Of a stretch of DNA of 64,000 bases, positions 31,476 through 40,584 are shown in pieces (position 1 is the first letter of the stretch; the number at the start of each line of letters is the position of its first letter). The translations under genes and the position numbers were made by a program. The DNA is taken from the NCBI GenBank assembly GCA_028286585.1, contig JAQBRI010000006.1, forward strand, positions 16,558 to 80,557, given 5' to 3'. This DNA is from Candidatus Kaiserbacteria bacterium (GTDB taxonomy: Bacteria; Patescibacteriota; Minisyncoccia; Phycocordibacterales; UBA2100). Under the pieces are notes generated by a model, which had not been told where the DNA came from, did no database searches, and was given only the letters and a program-made list of their open reading frames with translations.

Positions 31476-33986
31476 CTATTTTGTAGACAATGTATGTATT
31501 GATTGAGCAAAAGCATCGCCTCTTTCTTCGAAGTTTTTGTACAGACCATAACTTGGTGAAGCACACGAAAGTAAACATGCTCCTCCTTGAGGAGTGTGTG
31601 CATAGGCAAATTGTACCGCCTCGTCCATCGATTCAGTTTCCAAAATGTTGAGTCCTTCTCGCTTGGCAAACATTCGCCGACCGCTTTCAGGAAAAATAAC
31701 TATATTTTTGATTCCTCGTTTTATTATTTCTTGTTCAAGCTCAGTAAAATCATATCCGCGATCATGTCCCCCAAGAAATAGGGCCTGCACGTTTGGCACA
31801 GCTTCGAGCGCAGCAATGGTTGATTCCGGTGTCGTTGAAATGGAATCATCATAGAAACGAATGCCTTTATACTCTCCTACCAATTCAAGACGATGTGGCA
31901 AACTCTTAAAACTTTTAACTGCGGTTAGTATTGCTTCATCAGAAACACCTAACAGGCGTGCGACTGTCACCGCTCCTCTTACATTTGTTTTGTTGTGCAT
32001 TCCAAGCAAAGGAATCGCTTCGTCCGAAAACGGCAGTGTTTCAACATACGGAACACTTGTTGCAGAAGTTTCTGTTGTCCACGCTGACAATGCGGCATAT
32101 TCGTCGTTGTAAACGTAGTAGTCGGTTGTTTTTTGGAACATGATAATGCGTTTCTTTGCCTCGTGATACGCCTTTTCAGATCCGTGATAATCCATATGGT
32201 CAGAAAAGAGTGTAGTAACAAGCGCAATGTGCGGTGAAAATTCACAGTCATCAAGCTGATAACTGGACAGTTCAATTACCGCCACCTGATTTGGTGAAGT
32301 ATGAGATTCCAAAACAGAGAGCATGGGTACACCAATGTTACCCACGAGAACGCTCGGCATATTCTCTGCAGTCAACATAGAATGAATCAGGGACGCGGTG
32401 GTGCTTTTGCCCTTACTACCTGTTACACCAACCGTAATGCCTTTGAAACGCGAGAAAAATATATTGGTAGCAGTCGTGTAGTGTGCAGTGATTTTTTCTT
32501 TTGGAATGCCGGCTGTTTTTACCACAATATCGTAGTCATGCTGTTTTTCCAGATATTGAGGATCTTCGGACTGATCGGCGTGTGCGATCTGGAGTTGCGG
32601 ATATTTTGAACGCAAAAATTCTTCGGTCGTTTTACCTTCTCGTGCATAACCAAGCAAGAGTACAGATTCCATCCCTGCAAAGCGAAATCGCTGCGGTACC
32701 GAGGAAGCTGGTGCAACTTTTCGAACCTCTTGCACCAATGCCTCACCATCTGTAATGCGATCTGCAAAAGATGTAACAACCGCACTTTCTGCATAGATTG
32801 CACGAACCAGATGGAGCGCAGCGCATGCTTCGTCAAATGTACCGACACAATCAAATGGCTTCATCGATCCAAACCCAAGAATATCTGCAAAAACAGTAAG
32901 CAGGGCGCGATCGTCGAGCAAATTGCGTCCAAAAATACTCACCAACTGATCTTTTTCGATATAGGGAGCAAGCATTAAAAATACAAATGCACATTTAGGA
33001 CATTCGCAGCACCACATACTTCCCGGTCTGCCCAAGGGATCGATACGAAATTTTCTGTTACAACTGGTAAACACAGAAAAATACTGCGGGTACCGCGCAA
33101 AAAGTTCGGCTATTCGTATTTCATAAAGCGGACGCACAATTGAAAAATATCGCACGCTCGGACTGAGGTAGTTTTTTGTATAGCGAGTAAACATGTTTTC
33201 AAATTCAAGCGATTTACTCCACTGGTGATTAATCTGCTCACCATAATGATCGACATTACCAAAATTACTACTCCATTCGTTGCCTGTCACAACATATGAA
33301 AAGTCGTACAGAAGTGCAGCAGTATAGCCCAAAAATGCATACACAGCCGAAATAGGAATATGACCCTTAAAGCTTCCCGGCAGCACGTCAAAAACCTGCG
33401 GATCAAGTCTGCGCACAATATGATTGAGTGGAATGTTTGCTACGGCGCAGACATTTTCTGCAATGTCATGTTTTGCATATGTTTCTATAACAAATCCTTC
33501 GGAGGATATTTCCTCTGCACGTAGCAGCTCCACCGCAACCACTGAGTCTTTGCCTCCCCCAATCCCGACAAGTGCACGCTCTTGAGTGGAGACGTCTTCT
33601 GCAGGCGCTGGTGTAGTTTGAGTGAACGGAAATTGAATATATCTTAGATCGATATTGTTGCGGTACGCAAATTCACCAAGACCTTTGCGATACACGGTGC
33701 TCCAAAATTCACTCTGTTCCTGCGTCAGTAAGTACGGCATGCGTATATCTTTGGGACAATATAGTTTGTAGTAACTAATACCCAGCATGAGATGGAGCGA
33801 GTCGAGCAACCGCTCAAACAGCTCCGAGGAAATTCGAACAGTATCAAAAGGATGTGGAAATGTAACCGATTCTACAAATCTTCGAGGTTCGCTATGTGCG
33901 AACCCTATTTCATACACAAAAGACGCTACCAGTTCATCTGGATTAAAGAATCGTTCAACGTAAGAAAAGTAAACAGGCTCGGGCAT
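31476..33986 (-). CDS. Fusion of MurL-type UDP-MurNAc-L-Ala-L-Glu epimerase and MurD(2) ligase
   Basis: N-half GGGKDS, GHIP, NHQWSKS, SCN, WCCECPKC, KPFDCVG; C-half GVTGSKGKST, GNIG, ELSSYQL, DHMDYH, PHRLE, DDSIST, NFEERG. Confidence 0.85.
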   Translation of the reverse strand: MPEPVYFSYVERFFNPDELVASFVYEIGFAHSEPRRFVESVTFPHPFDTVRISSELFERLLDSLHLMLGISYYKLYCPKDIRMPYLLTQEQSEFWSTVYRKGLGEFAYRNNIDLRYIQFPFTQTTPAPAEDVSTQERALVGIGGGKDSVVAVELLRAEEISSEGFVIETYAKHDIAENVCAVANIPLNHIVRRLDPQVFDVLPGSFKGHIPISAVYAFLGYTAALLYDFSYVVTGNEWSSNFGNVDHYGEQINHQWSKSLEFENMFTRYTKNYLSPSVRYFSIVRPLYEIRIAELFARYPQYFSVFTSCNRKFRIDPLGRPGSMWCCECPKCAFVFLMLAPYIEKDQLVSIFGRNLLDDRALLTVFADILGFGSMKPFDCVGTFDEACAALHLVRAIYAESAVVTSFADRITDGEALVQEVRKVAPASSVPQRFRFAGMESVLLLGYAREGKTTEEFLRSKYPQLQIAHADQSEDPQYLEKQHDYDIVVKTAGIPKEKITAHYTTATNIFFSRFKGITVGVTGSKGKSTTASLIHSMLTAENMPSVLVGNIGVPMLSVLESHTSPNQVAVIELSSYQLDDCEFSPHIALVTTLFSDHMDYHGSEKAYHEAKKRIIMFQKTTDYYVYNDEYAALSAWTTETSATSVPYVETLPFSDEAIPLLGMHNKTNVRGAVTVARLLGVSDEAILTAVKSFKSLPHRLELVGEYKGIRFYDDSISTTPESTIAALEAVPNVQALFLGGHDRGYDFTELEQEIIKRGIKNIVIFPESGRRMFAKREGLNILETESMDEAVQFAYAHTPQGGACLLSCASPSYGLYKNFEERGDAFAQSIHTLSTK

Positions 33987-34050
33987 ACCACAGTATGCCC
34001 GATTTTGCTGCCTCAACCAAGTAGTCTCGGCAGCTGATTTGTGATCGAAG

Positions 34051-34078
34051 TTGCGCAAACAAATGGGAGGCGTATAGT
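34051..34078 (+). promoter_or_regulatory. sigma70 promoter TTGCGC-16-TATAGT
   Basis: Predicted start site (about 34085) coincides with the 5' end of the riboswitch-like element. Confidence 0.6.
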
Positions 34079-34084
34079 GCAAAT

Positions 34085-34331
34085 ACTTCATGTGGAAGTT
34101 GGGTACTCACCCGTTTCGTCGAAATTACGACGAAATAAGGAAAAATTCCCATACTGTGCCGCAGCGGTAATGCTCTGACTTGCTCGTCGTAGTCTATAAG
34201 ATTAAGGCTGGGTCCAAGAAAATGAGACGAGTCCGATCTTCATGAGGTTCGCATTAAACGCGAGTACCCGAGCAGGATTGGCACCAGATAGTGCCATTTT
34301 CCAAAACCTGCTCAACAAGCAGGCTTTTTTT
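34085..34331 (+). promoter_or_regulatory. Cobalamin riboswitch (variant) with terminator/antiterminator
   Basis: GGAAG-TTGGG...AAATTCCCA-TACTGTGCCGCAGCGGTAA...GAGTCCGA core; closing stem ACTTCATG/CATGAGGT; terminator CCTGCT/AGCAGG plus T-run; competing GAGCAGG. Confidence 0.7.
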
Positions 34332-34907
34332 ATGAAAACCAAATACTACATACTTCACTCGCTTTTAGTTGTCGCACTTATCGCGATAGTGACTGTCATT
34401 ATTTGGCATTCAAAAACAACAACACAATCCTCTTTTGCCACATCAACATCTGTAGCAACATCGGCAACAGAAAGCACATCTTCAAAATCATTAATACATT
34501 CTTCGACTGAGACCGTGCCAGTTCAGGCGAAGGTGGCTGCAAAGACCGAGGTTACGCCGCAAGAAACATCTGCAACATCGAGTGCGACAACGAACGCGAC
34601 GTCTACCCCTGAGAAAAATCCCGCGCTTTTTGCCCATCTTGTGATTGGATCACAATCATACGATCTTCCGATTCACGAGGACGAAACACTTCTTGATGCA
34701 ATGCAGGCGCTTCAATCATCCACTTCTTTTGACTATTCTGGGCGGCAGTACACAGGACTAGGGTTCTTTGTTATGTCTATCAACGGCAAGGCGGCCGCGG
34801 ATGGATTTAACTGGATGCTCTATGTTGATGGTAGGCCGTCGGAGTATGGTGCGAGTGCTCTTATTATTAAAACAGGTCAAAAAATAGAATGGAAATATGA
34901 AAAATAA
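34332..34907 (+). CDS. DUF4430 (transcobalamin beta-domain-like) membrane-anchored protein
   Basis: N-terminal TM, S/T linker, LGFFVMSING...WMLYVDG...GA....[11 protein letters not shown]. Confidence 0.85.
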   Translation: MKTKYYILHSLLVVALIAIVTVIIWHSKTTTQSSFATSTSVATSATESTSSKSLIHSSTETVPVQAKVAAKTEVTPQETSATSSATTNATSTPEKNPALFAHLVIGSQSYDLPIHEDETLLDAMQALQSSTSFDYSGRQYTGLGFFVMSINGKAAADGFNWMLYVDGRPSEYGASALIIKTGQKIEWKYEK

Positions 34908-36909
34908 ATTATTCGGTGCGATTATTGTAAGCATTTTTGGATTATTAATACCAGCATTTTCGTTTGCAGACACTGCAACGATAACACTCCGCGTGGGCTC
35001 TGTTACAACAGGACCATACACCATTACGTTACCTGATTTGAGCGCAACCACAACGGCAACAACCACAGCCGTTACTCCAACAGCAGGCGGAACACCAATC
35101 GATATCCCAGCATTGAGTGTTCTTGCAAATTTGGTTGGACTAGACGCTACGACAGGCGACTTTGATATAACCGATCTGCAGTATTCATCGACGTACAGCT
35201 CCTTTTATCTACGGTGTATCTCGGTGCCGAGTGTTTCTAGCTCGCCCCAGTGTGATAACTGGCAATATACCGTGAATGGTTTTGGTCCTAGTGTAGGTTC
35301 TGACGTAACAACGCTTCACAATGGAGATAACGTGTACGTCTATTTTGGCTATCCACGTTCAGTCACCCTTTCAACCACTAGTACGGCAATTGGAAATTCG
35401 TTTACTGCAACGACACAAGCCTACGATCCAGCTACAAATTCGTTCACTCCGATTACAGGAGTTACTATAGGCGCGACCCAACCAAATCCAAGCAATCCAT
35501 ATTCGCCAATAGAGATTGCTACATCACCTGTCGACACAAATGGGCAAGCAATCATAACAGTAAATGCAACTGGCACGTATCAGGTTGGTATTAAAGAGGA
35601 TTATTATTTTCCAACAACTGATATTACGATAACCGATGCTCCTGCAACTACAACTCCTGTAACAGGAGGCGGAGGCAGCGGCCCGATTGGAATTACTCAT
35701 ACTCCGTTTAATGTTCCTCTTGCAGTAAGTTATCTTGTCTCACAACAAAACCCTGATGGCTCGTTTGGGAATGATCTTTATAGCGACTGGGGCGCACTAG
35801 CACTTGCAGCTACAAATGCCCCGACTCTTTCGACAATGAAGTCATACATGACCACGCATGTCGAAACCTATAACAGTGTTACCGATTACGAACGACACGC
35901 CATGGCACTTGAAGCACTTGGTATCAACCCGTACACGGGCTCAAAAACCGACACTATCAGTCCTATTCTTGCAGCATTTGATGGCACGCAGATCGGAGAC
36001 TCAAACCTCGTAACTGATGACATCTTTGCAATCTTTGCGCTTACTCACGCGGGATATAATTCAAGCGATACGATTATCAAAAAAGAAGCGGCATTTATTT
36101 TGTCGAAGCAACTTCCTAACGGATCATGGGAAGGCAGTGTCGATGTTACCGCTGCAGCTATGCAGGCACTTGGTCCATTGTTTGATATTCCGGGGGTTAA
36201 CCGCCAGCTTGGTCCTGCAATCGCCTACATTACAGGAATAGAACAGCCAACCGGTGGATGGAATAATATTGACTCAACAAGTTGGATGGTAACGACAATC
36301 AACACATTCAACAGTTTCCATGTGGGCCAGCCAAGTATTTGGAACAGTTCACTTGGATACTTTCCTATAGACGCGCTAGGGAGCGCTCAGCAATCCGACG
36401 GAGCAGTTCGCCCGGTAAGTGACTCGGCAAATGCACGAGTATGGAGTACAAGTTACGCGGTAGTAGCAGCATCGGACATGGATTGGGTTAGATTATTACA
36501 GCAGTTTCCTAAACCAATTCCTAGTGTAGGCAGTAGTGGAATCAGTGTTGCTTCATCAACCACTTCGACAAGCTCAGACCAGGCAACCTCAACGGCGACC
36601 AGCACTTTGCCAGTTGCAACAACTACACCAATTACCGTAAGTACTTCAACAGCCACTTCGACAACCCCGATAGATGGACAAGTACTTGGCGTTTCCACTT
36701 CGACTGTTCCTACAACACCTCACCCTAAACCAGTAGTTATAAAAAAGAAGCCGGTTGTAGTACATCCTGTTCCAAAGGTCCCAGCAGCAACATCTTCGAC
36801 ATCGACTAAAACGAATACTGTCGGATCAAATCAAACTGGTTCGGTTATCACTCCCAGCCCTGCGGGATTCTGGCAGTGGATTGGAAGTTGGTTTAAGAAT
36901 TTGTTCTAG
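34897..36909 (+). CDS. Secreted surface protein: DUF4430-like domain, beta domain, prenyltransferase/squalene-oxidase-repeat alpha/alpha barrel, S/T/P tail
   Basis: Signal peptide; WQYTVNG...GDNVYVYF; [13 protein letters not shown] and [12 protein letters not shown] repeats; C-terminal amphipathic [13 protein letters not shown]. Confidence 0.78.
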   Translation: MKNKLFGAIIVSIFGLLIPAFSFADTATITLRVGSVTTGPYTITLPDLSATTTATTTAVTPTAGGTPIDIPALSVLANLVGLDATTGDFDITDLQYSSTYSSFYLRCISVPSVSSSPQCDNWQYTVNGFGPSVGSDVTTLHNGDNVYVYFGYPRSVTLSTTSTAIGNSFTATTQAYDPATNSFTPITGVTIGATQPNPSNPYSPIEIATSPVDTNGQAIITVNATGTYQVGIKEDYYFPTTDITITDAPATTTPVTGGGGSGPIGITHTPFNVPLAVSYLVSQQNPDGSFGNDLYSDWGALALAATNAPTLSTMKSYMTTHVETYNSVTDYERHAMALEALGINPYTGSKTDTISPILAAFDGTQIGDSNLVTDDIFAIFALTHAGYNSSDTIIKKEAAFILSKQLPNGSWEGSVDVTAAAMQALGPLFDIPGVNRQLGPAIAYITGIEQPTGGWNNIDSTSWMVTTINTFNSFHVGQPSIWNSSLGYFPIDALGSAQQSDGAVRPVSDSANARVWSTSYAVVAASDMDWVRLLQQFPKPIPSVGSSGISVASSTTSTSSDQATSTATSTLPVATTTPITVSTSTATSTTPIDGQVLGVSTSTVPTTPHPKPVVIKKKPVVVHPVPKVPAATSSTSTKTNTVGSNQTGSVITPSPAGFWQWIGSWFKNLF

Positions 36910-36921
36910 TTCTTGTTCATA

Positions 36922-36957
36922 AACAAAACAGCTCGGCAGATGCCGAGCTGTTTTGTT
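36922..36957. terminator. Bidirectional intrinsic terminator
   Basis: AACAAAACAGCTCGGCA/TGCCGAGCTGTTTTGTT between convergent units. Confidence 0.85.
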
Positions 36958-36966
36958 ATACCAATG

Positions 36967-37163
36967 TGGACATGGGGAGACACGAACTCCCACCTCTTGC
37001 GAGATACGCTTCTGTGACGTACGCCATTCTGAACTGAGTGGGCGTGAGAGGACTCGAACCTCCAAGGATTACTCCATACGCTTCTGAGACGTACGCGTAT
37101 ACCAGTTCCGCCACACGCCCACTCAAGTCAGAAAAACTGACTACGCAATTCCGCCACATGCCC
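36967..37163 (-). ncRNA. Outer, interrupted tRNA-Leu-like structure (5' part 37139-37163, 3' part 36967-37024) enclosing the intact tRNA
   Basis: GGGCATG/CATGTCC acceptor stem, TACGT-CACAGAA-GCGTA anticodon arm, CTC-GCAA-GAG variable arm, GGGAG-TTCGTGT-CTCCC T arm. Confidence 0.7.
37039..37120 (-). tRNA. tRNA-Leu (CAG)
   Basis: GGGCGTG...CT-CAG-AA...GGAGG-TTCGAGT-CCTCT-CACGCCC-A; long variable arm; CCA not encoded. Confidence 0.95.
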
Positions 37164-37167
37164 GTAT

Positions 37168-37425
37168 TTATTTGATTCGCTGTAGATGAATCGCATCTTG
37201 AACAGCGTTTCCGATTGTAGCAAATCCAGGTATAACTCCAAGCACCGAAAGCAGCCAGCCAATAAAGACCACCGCAAATACACCACCTATGACTGCCCCG
37301 GCTCCCTGAAAGATGCCATTTCTGAGCGCCACCCACCGACTCACACCGGTGAGTTCTTTGATTTCCTTGAGCTCCTGCTCGATATGTTCGAGGTGCTCTA
37401 TTCCCTTTTCTTCGAGTTCATCCAT
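37168..37425 (-). CDS. Small membrane protein
   Basis: Charged N-terminal coiled coil, RNGIFQGAGAVIG glycine-rich TM. Confidence 0.7.
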   Translation of the reverse strand: MDELEEKGIEHLEHIEQELKEIKELTGVSRWVALRNGIFQGAGAVIGGVFAVVFIGWLLSVLGVIPGFATIGNAVQDAIHLQRIK

Positions 37426-37463
37426 GACGATATAGTATCAGAAAAAATGAAACACTATGTTAC

Positions 37464-37841
37464 TCACCACCAGGAAAAGGCTTTCTTAAACCATGTCTTC
37501 AAAACAGACGGGGTATCTGTTGCTGCCATGGGAGCTGGACCATTGATGATTATCATCATATGTTCTCCTGGTTTGCCAAGTGCATATTGAGAACGGAGCA
37601 CTGCTTCTCGCCCTCGATCAGTCGTAAGAAGTGCAATATCACCACTGAGCGTTTTTTGTCGCTGCTGCAATCCTTGTAAATGCGCCTGTGCATCATTGCG
37701 CAATCTAAGCGACGCCTGTTCTTCTTGGTAGGTATGCCACAGTCCAAAAGAACCAATAATAAGCAGTATGATGCAGCCTAAAAGTGCGAGTCTTTTTATC
37801 AAAAGGCGCACCGGATCGATTCTTTGCTTCTCTACCTTCAT
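37464..37841 (-). CDS. Septum formation initiator (FtsB/DivIC-like)
   Basis: TM, coiled coil, then EAVLRSQYALGKPGE. Confidence 0.75.
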   Translation of the reverse strand: MKVEKQRIDPVRLLIKRLALLGCIILLIIGSFGLWHTYQEEQASLRLRNDAQAHLQGLQQRQKTLSGDIALLTTDRGREAVLRSQYALGKPGEHMMIIINGPAPMAATDTPSVLKTWFKKAFSWW

Positions 37842-37858
37842 ACGCTATACTATACCTC

Positions 37859-37990
37859 ATGAGTTTCCTTTTTCATCGCAAGACCCAAAAAGTCATGAAA
37901 TATATATGGAGTGTTATTGCCGTTATTATCATCATCGGTATGGCACTTTTCTTTGCACCAGGTATCACCAATTTGATTGCTGCTTTGTAA
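37859..37990 (+). CDS. 43-aa single-TM protein (DUF4044-like)
   Basis: MSFLFHRKTQKVMKYIWSVIAVIIIIGMALFF; TATACT 7 nt upstream. Confidence 0.55.
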   Translation: MSFLFHRKTQKVMKYIWSVIAVIIIIGMALFFAPGITNLIAAL

Positions 37991-38107
37991 AAAAAGCAAA
38001 AATAGATACAGTTCGAGGCGCGCGAGAAAAATAGAAAGAGGCGTACTAATGTACGGTGAATGATATTTTTTGAGCAGCAACGAAGAAATGTGCTATTTTT
38101 TCTTTTT

Positions 38108-39898
38108 TTACGCTTCTCGGATTATTTTAAGAAACACATCGTGGGAGATTTCGACAGATCCAACGCCGCGTGCGAGCATCTTTTTCTTACCTTTCTTTTG
38201 TTTGTCGAGCAGTTTGTTTTTACGGGACACGTCGCCGCCGTACAATTTTGCGGTCACATCTTTACGCATAGCAGACAGCTTGCGTGAAGAAAGAATTTTA
38301 CCGTGTGCTTTTGCTTGAATTTTAAGATCAAAGAGTTGCCGTGGAAGAATATCGGCCAACTTTTCTACTATTGCCTCTGCATCGTGTCCTACTCGCCTGC
38401 TTGAAACAATTCGTGCAAACGCAGGATTAAGTTCTTCTGCAATAAGTACGTCCAGTCGTGTAACATCAGCTTCACGCATTCCAATCATTTCATATCCAAG
38501 CGATGCGTAGCCAGACGAAATACTTTTTAAGCGATCAAAGAATCCGCGCATCAATTCGCGCAGCGGCATGTCCGCTGACATGCGGACTTTACCATCCGGC
38601 AGTGTTTCTGTGTCCCCCACTGCCGCTTCGTGTTCATACATCAGTTGTGAAATTCCGCCCACATATTCTGGCGGTGTCATGATAGAAACGCGTGTCCACA
38701 TTTCTCGAACCAATTTTGATTGGCCGTCGTCAGGAAATCGGCTTGGTGCATATATTTCTTCGACTTCACCATTTAAATGTGTTATCTCGTATACGGTCGT
38801 CGGCATTGTAACAACCAATTCCATATCAAATTCCCGATGAAGTCGCTCTACAACAATTTCAAGGTGGAGCATTCCAAGAAAACCGCATCGAAATCCCTTG
38901 CCCATCACACCCGACGCTTCTTCTTCATATGAAAGTGACGAGTCCGTGAGCCGCAGTCTCTCAAGTGCTTGTCGCAGTTCAGCCAAATCATCTTGGGATT
39001 CAGGATATACACTTGCCCAAATGACCGGTGTCGGTGCCTGATATCCGGCAAGTGCGGGGGCCGCATGCCGCGCGAGCGTGAGTGTGTCTCCTACGGACGC
39101 GACGCCCGGCTTTTTAATACCAGTTACAACATAGCCAATCTCTCCGGCGGTTAATGCTTCTCGCGGAGATTCTTGCGGCGCCATGATGCCAACCTCAAGA
39201 GCCGTAAAGTCTGCATTTCCTGCGACCAGTCGCATGGCGTCCCCTTTGCCAAACGTGCCACCAAAGACACGCATATAAATAATCACGCCTCGATGATCAG
39301 AATAACCAAAATCAAAAATGAGCGCCTGCGCCTTATTATCATTGGTTGTTGGCTCAGGTACTATTTCGACAATTTTATTCAAAAGTTCTGCAACACCTTC
39401 TCCTGTTTTACCCGAAACTTTTTGTACATCTTCTTCCTCGCAGCCAATAAGAAGTGCGATTTCACTTACAATGTCGTCGACTCGTGCATGAGGAGCGTCG
39501 ATCTTTGAGACGACTGGAATTATTTTGAGATTTAAGGACTTTGCAATCGAAAGCACCGAGAGGGTCTGTGCCTCAACTCCCTGTGTTGAATCCACAAGTA
39601 GTACAACGCCTTCGACAGCGGTGAGTGCGCGCGACACCTCGTAGGCAAAGTCGACGTGTCCTGGTGTATCAATAAGATTGAGAATATAGTCTTCATTTTT
39701 GTGCTTCCATGCCATGCGAACCGGCTGCATTTTGATAGTAATGCCACGCTCGCGCTCCAAGTCCATGCGATCCAAAAATTGATCCTTCATCTCTCGCGCC
39801 TGGATAGTACCGGTTATTTCAAGCATTCGATCCGCGAGGGTCGACTTACCGTGGTCAATATGGGCAATAATGCTAAAGTTTCGGATGTTTTTCACCAT
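38108..39898 (-). CDS. lepA: Elongation factor 4
   Basis: IRNFSIIAHIDHGKSTLADR, GFRCGFLGMLH, RKDVTAKLYGGD. Confidence 0.97.
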   Translation of the reverse strand: MVKNIRNFSIIAHIDHGKSTLADRMLEITGTIQAREMKDQFLDRMDLERERGITIKMQPVRMAWKHKNEDYILNLIDTPGHVDFAYEVSRALTAVEGVVLLVDSTQGVEAQTLSVLSIAKSLNLKIIPVVSKIDAPHARVDDIVSEIALLIGCEEEDVQKVSGKTGEGVAELLNKIVEIVPEPTTNDNKAQALIFDFGYSDHRGVIIYMRVFGGTFGKGDAMRLVAGNADFTALEVGIMAPQESPREALTAGEIGYVVTGIKKPGVASVGDTLTLARHAAPALAGYQAPTPVIWASVYPESQDDLAELRQALERLRLTDSSLSYEEEASGVMGKGFRCGFLGMLHLEIVVERLHREFDMELVVTMPTTVYEITHLNGEVEEIYAPSRFPDDGQSKLVREMWTRVSIMTPPEYVGGISQLMYEHEAAVGDTETLPDGKVRMSADMPLRELMRGFFDRLKSISSGYASLGYEMIGMREADVTRLDVLIAEELNPAFARIVSSRRVGHDAEAIVEKLADILPRQLFDLKIQAKAHGKILSSRKLSAMRKDVTAKLYGGDVSRKNKLLDKQKKGKKKMLARGVGSVEISHDVFLKIIREA

Positions 39899-39987
39899 CG
39901 CACTTTACCATAAATCCTGCTCTTATGCCCTTTTTTGAACACATTGATCGCCCTGTATCCAACCTATCAGAAAGCGATTGTAATAGA

Positions 39988-40014
39988 AAAAGTCCGGCTA
40001 ATGGCCGGACTTTT
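39988..40014. terminator. Intrinsic terminator
   Basis: AAAAGTCCGGC/GCCGGACTTTT. Confidence 0.7.
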
Positions 40015-40053
40015 TCTAGAGTTCGCATAATTACGAAACAGTTTCTCGAAGAA

Positions 40054-40554
40054 CTATTTGATAGTAATCGGAATTGATACTGAGTCGTCGTTTTCTGGCA
40101 TGCCCGATGGATTGTCACGCAAAAGAATAACTGTAGCTGGACCATGGAATTGGGTTACAGTTATAGAAACCGCAAACTTGACCTGTCCTTCTGTTGTCCA
40201 AGTGCCCAATGCCTTTGCTGTTGCCTGCTGAAGAATGTTATTTGATTTGTCTCGGATTTGAACTGGGAACGATCCTTCAAAAAACCAAGGTCCTGGAGCT
40301 TCACCACTGACACTAAATATTGGATCTACCGACTGATTTGGCTGAGGCAATACAACATGTACTTTTGACGATAACGCAGGAGTAGCAGTCGTGTTTCCTG
40401 GTGTTCCTGTCGTATTAGTATCCGCTGTTGTAGTTGTTGTCGCGGTAGTTGTTGCTGTATTTGATGTCATCATACTACCCTGAGTAGCGAACCAGTAACC
40501 TGCTGCAGCGAGCACGATGATCAGAATTGCGATGAGAATATAATTTGATTTCAT
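40054..40554 (-). CDS. Gmad2 immunoglobulin-like domain protein
   Basis: TM, T-rich linker, SGEAPGPWFFEGSFPV, DNPSG. Confidence 0.8.
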   Translation of the reverse strand: MKSNYILIAILIIVLAAAGYWFATQGSMMTSNTATTTATTTTTADTNTTGTPGNTTATPALSSKVHVVLPQPNQSVDPIFSVSGEAPGPWFFEGSFPVQIRDKSNNILQQATAKALGTWTTEGQVKFAVSITVTQFHGPATVILLRDNPSGMPENDDSVSIPITIK

Positions 40555-40584
40555 ATGTCTATAAATAATTAGTTATTAGATTTA

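Noticed and set aside
36826-37336. ORFs 36826-37065 and 36956-37336
   Set aside because: They overlap the tRNA structures and real CDSs; no protein features
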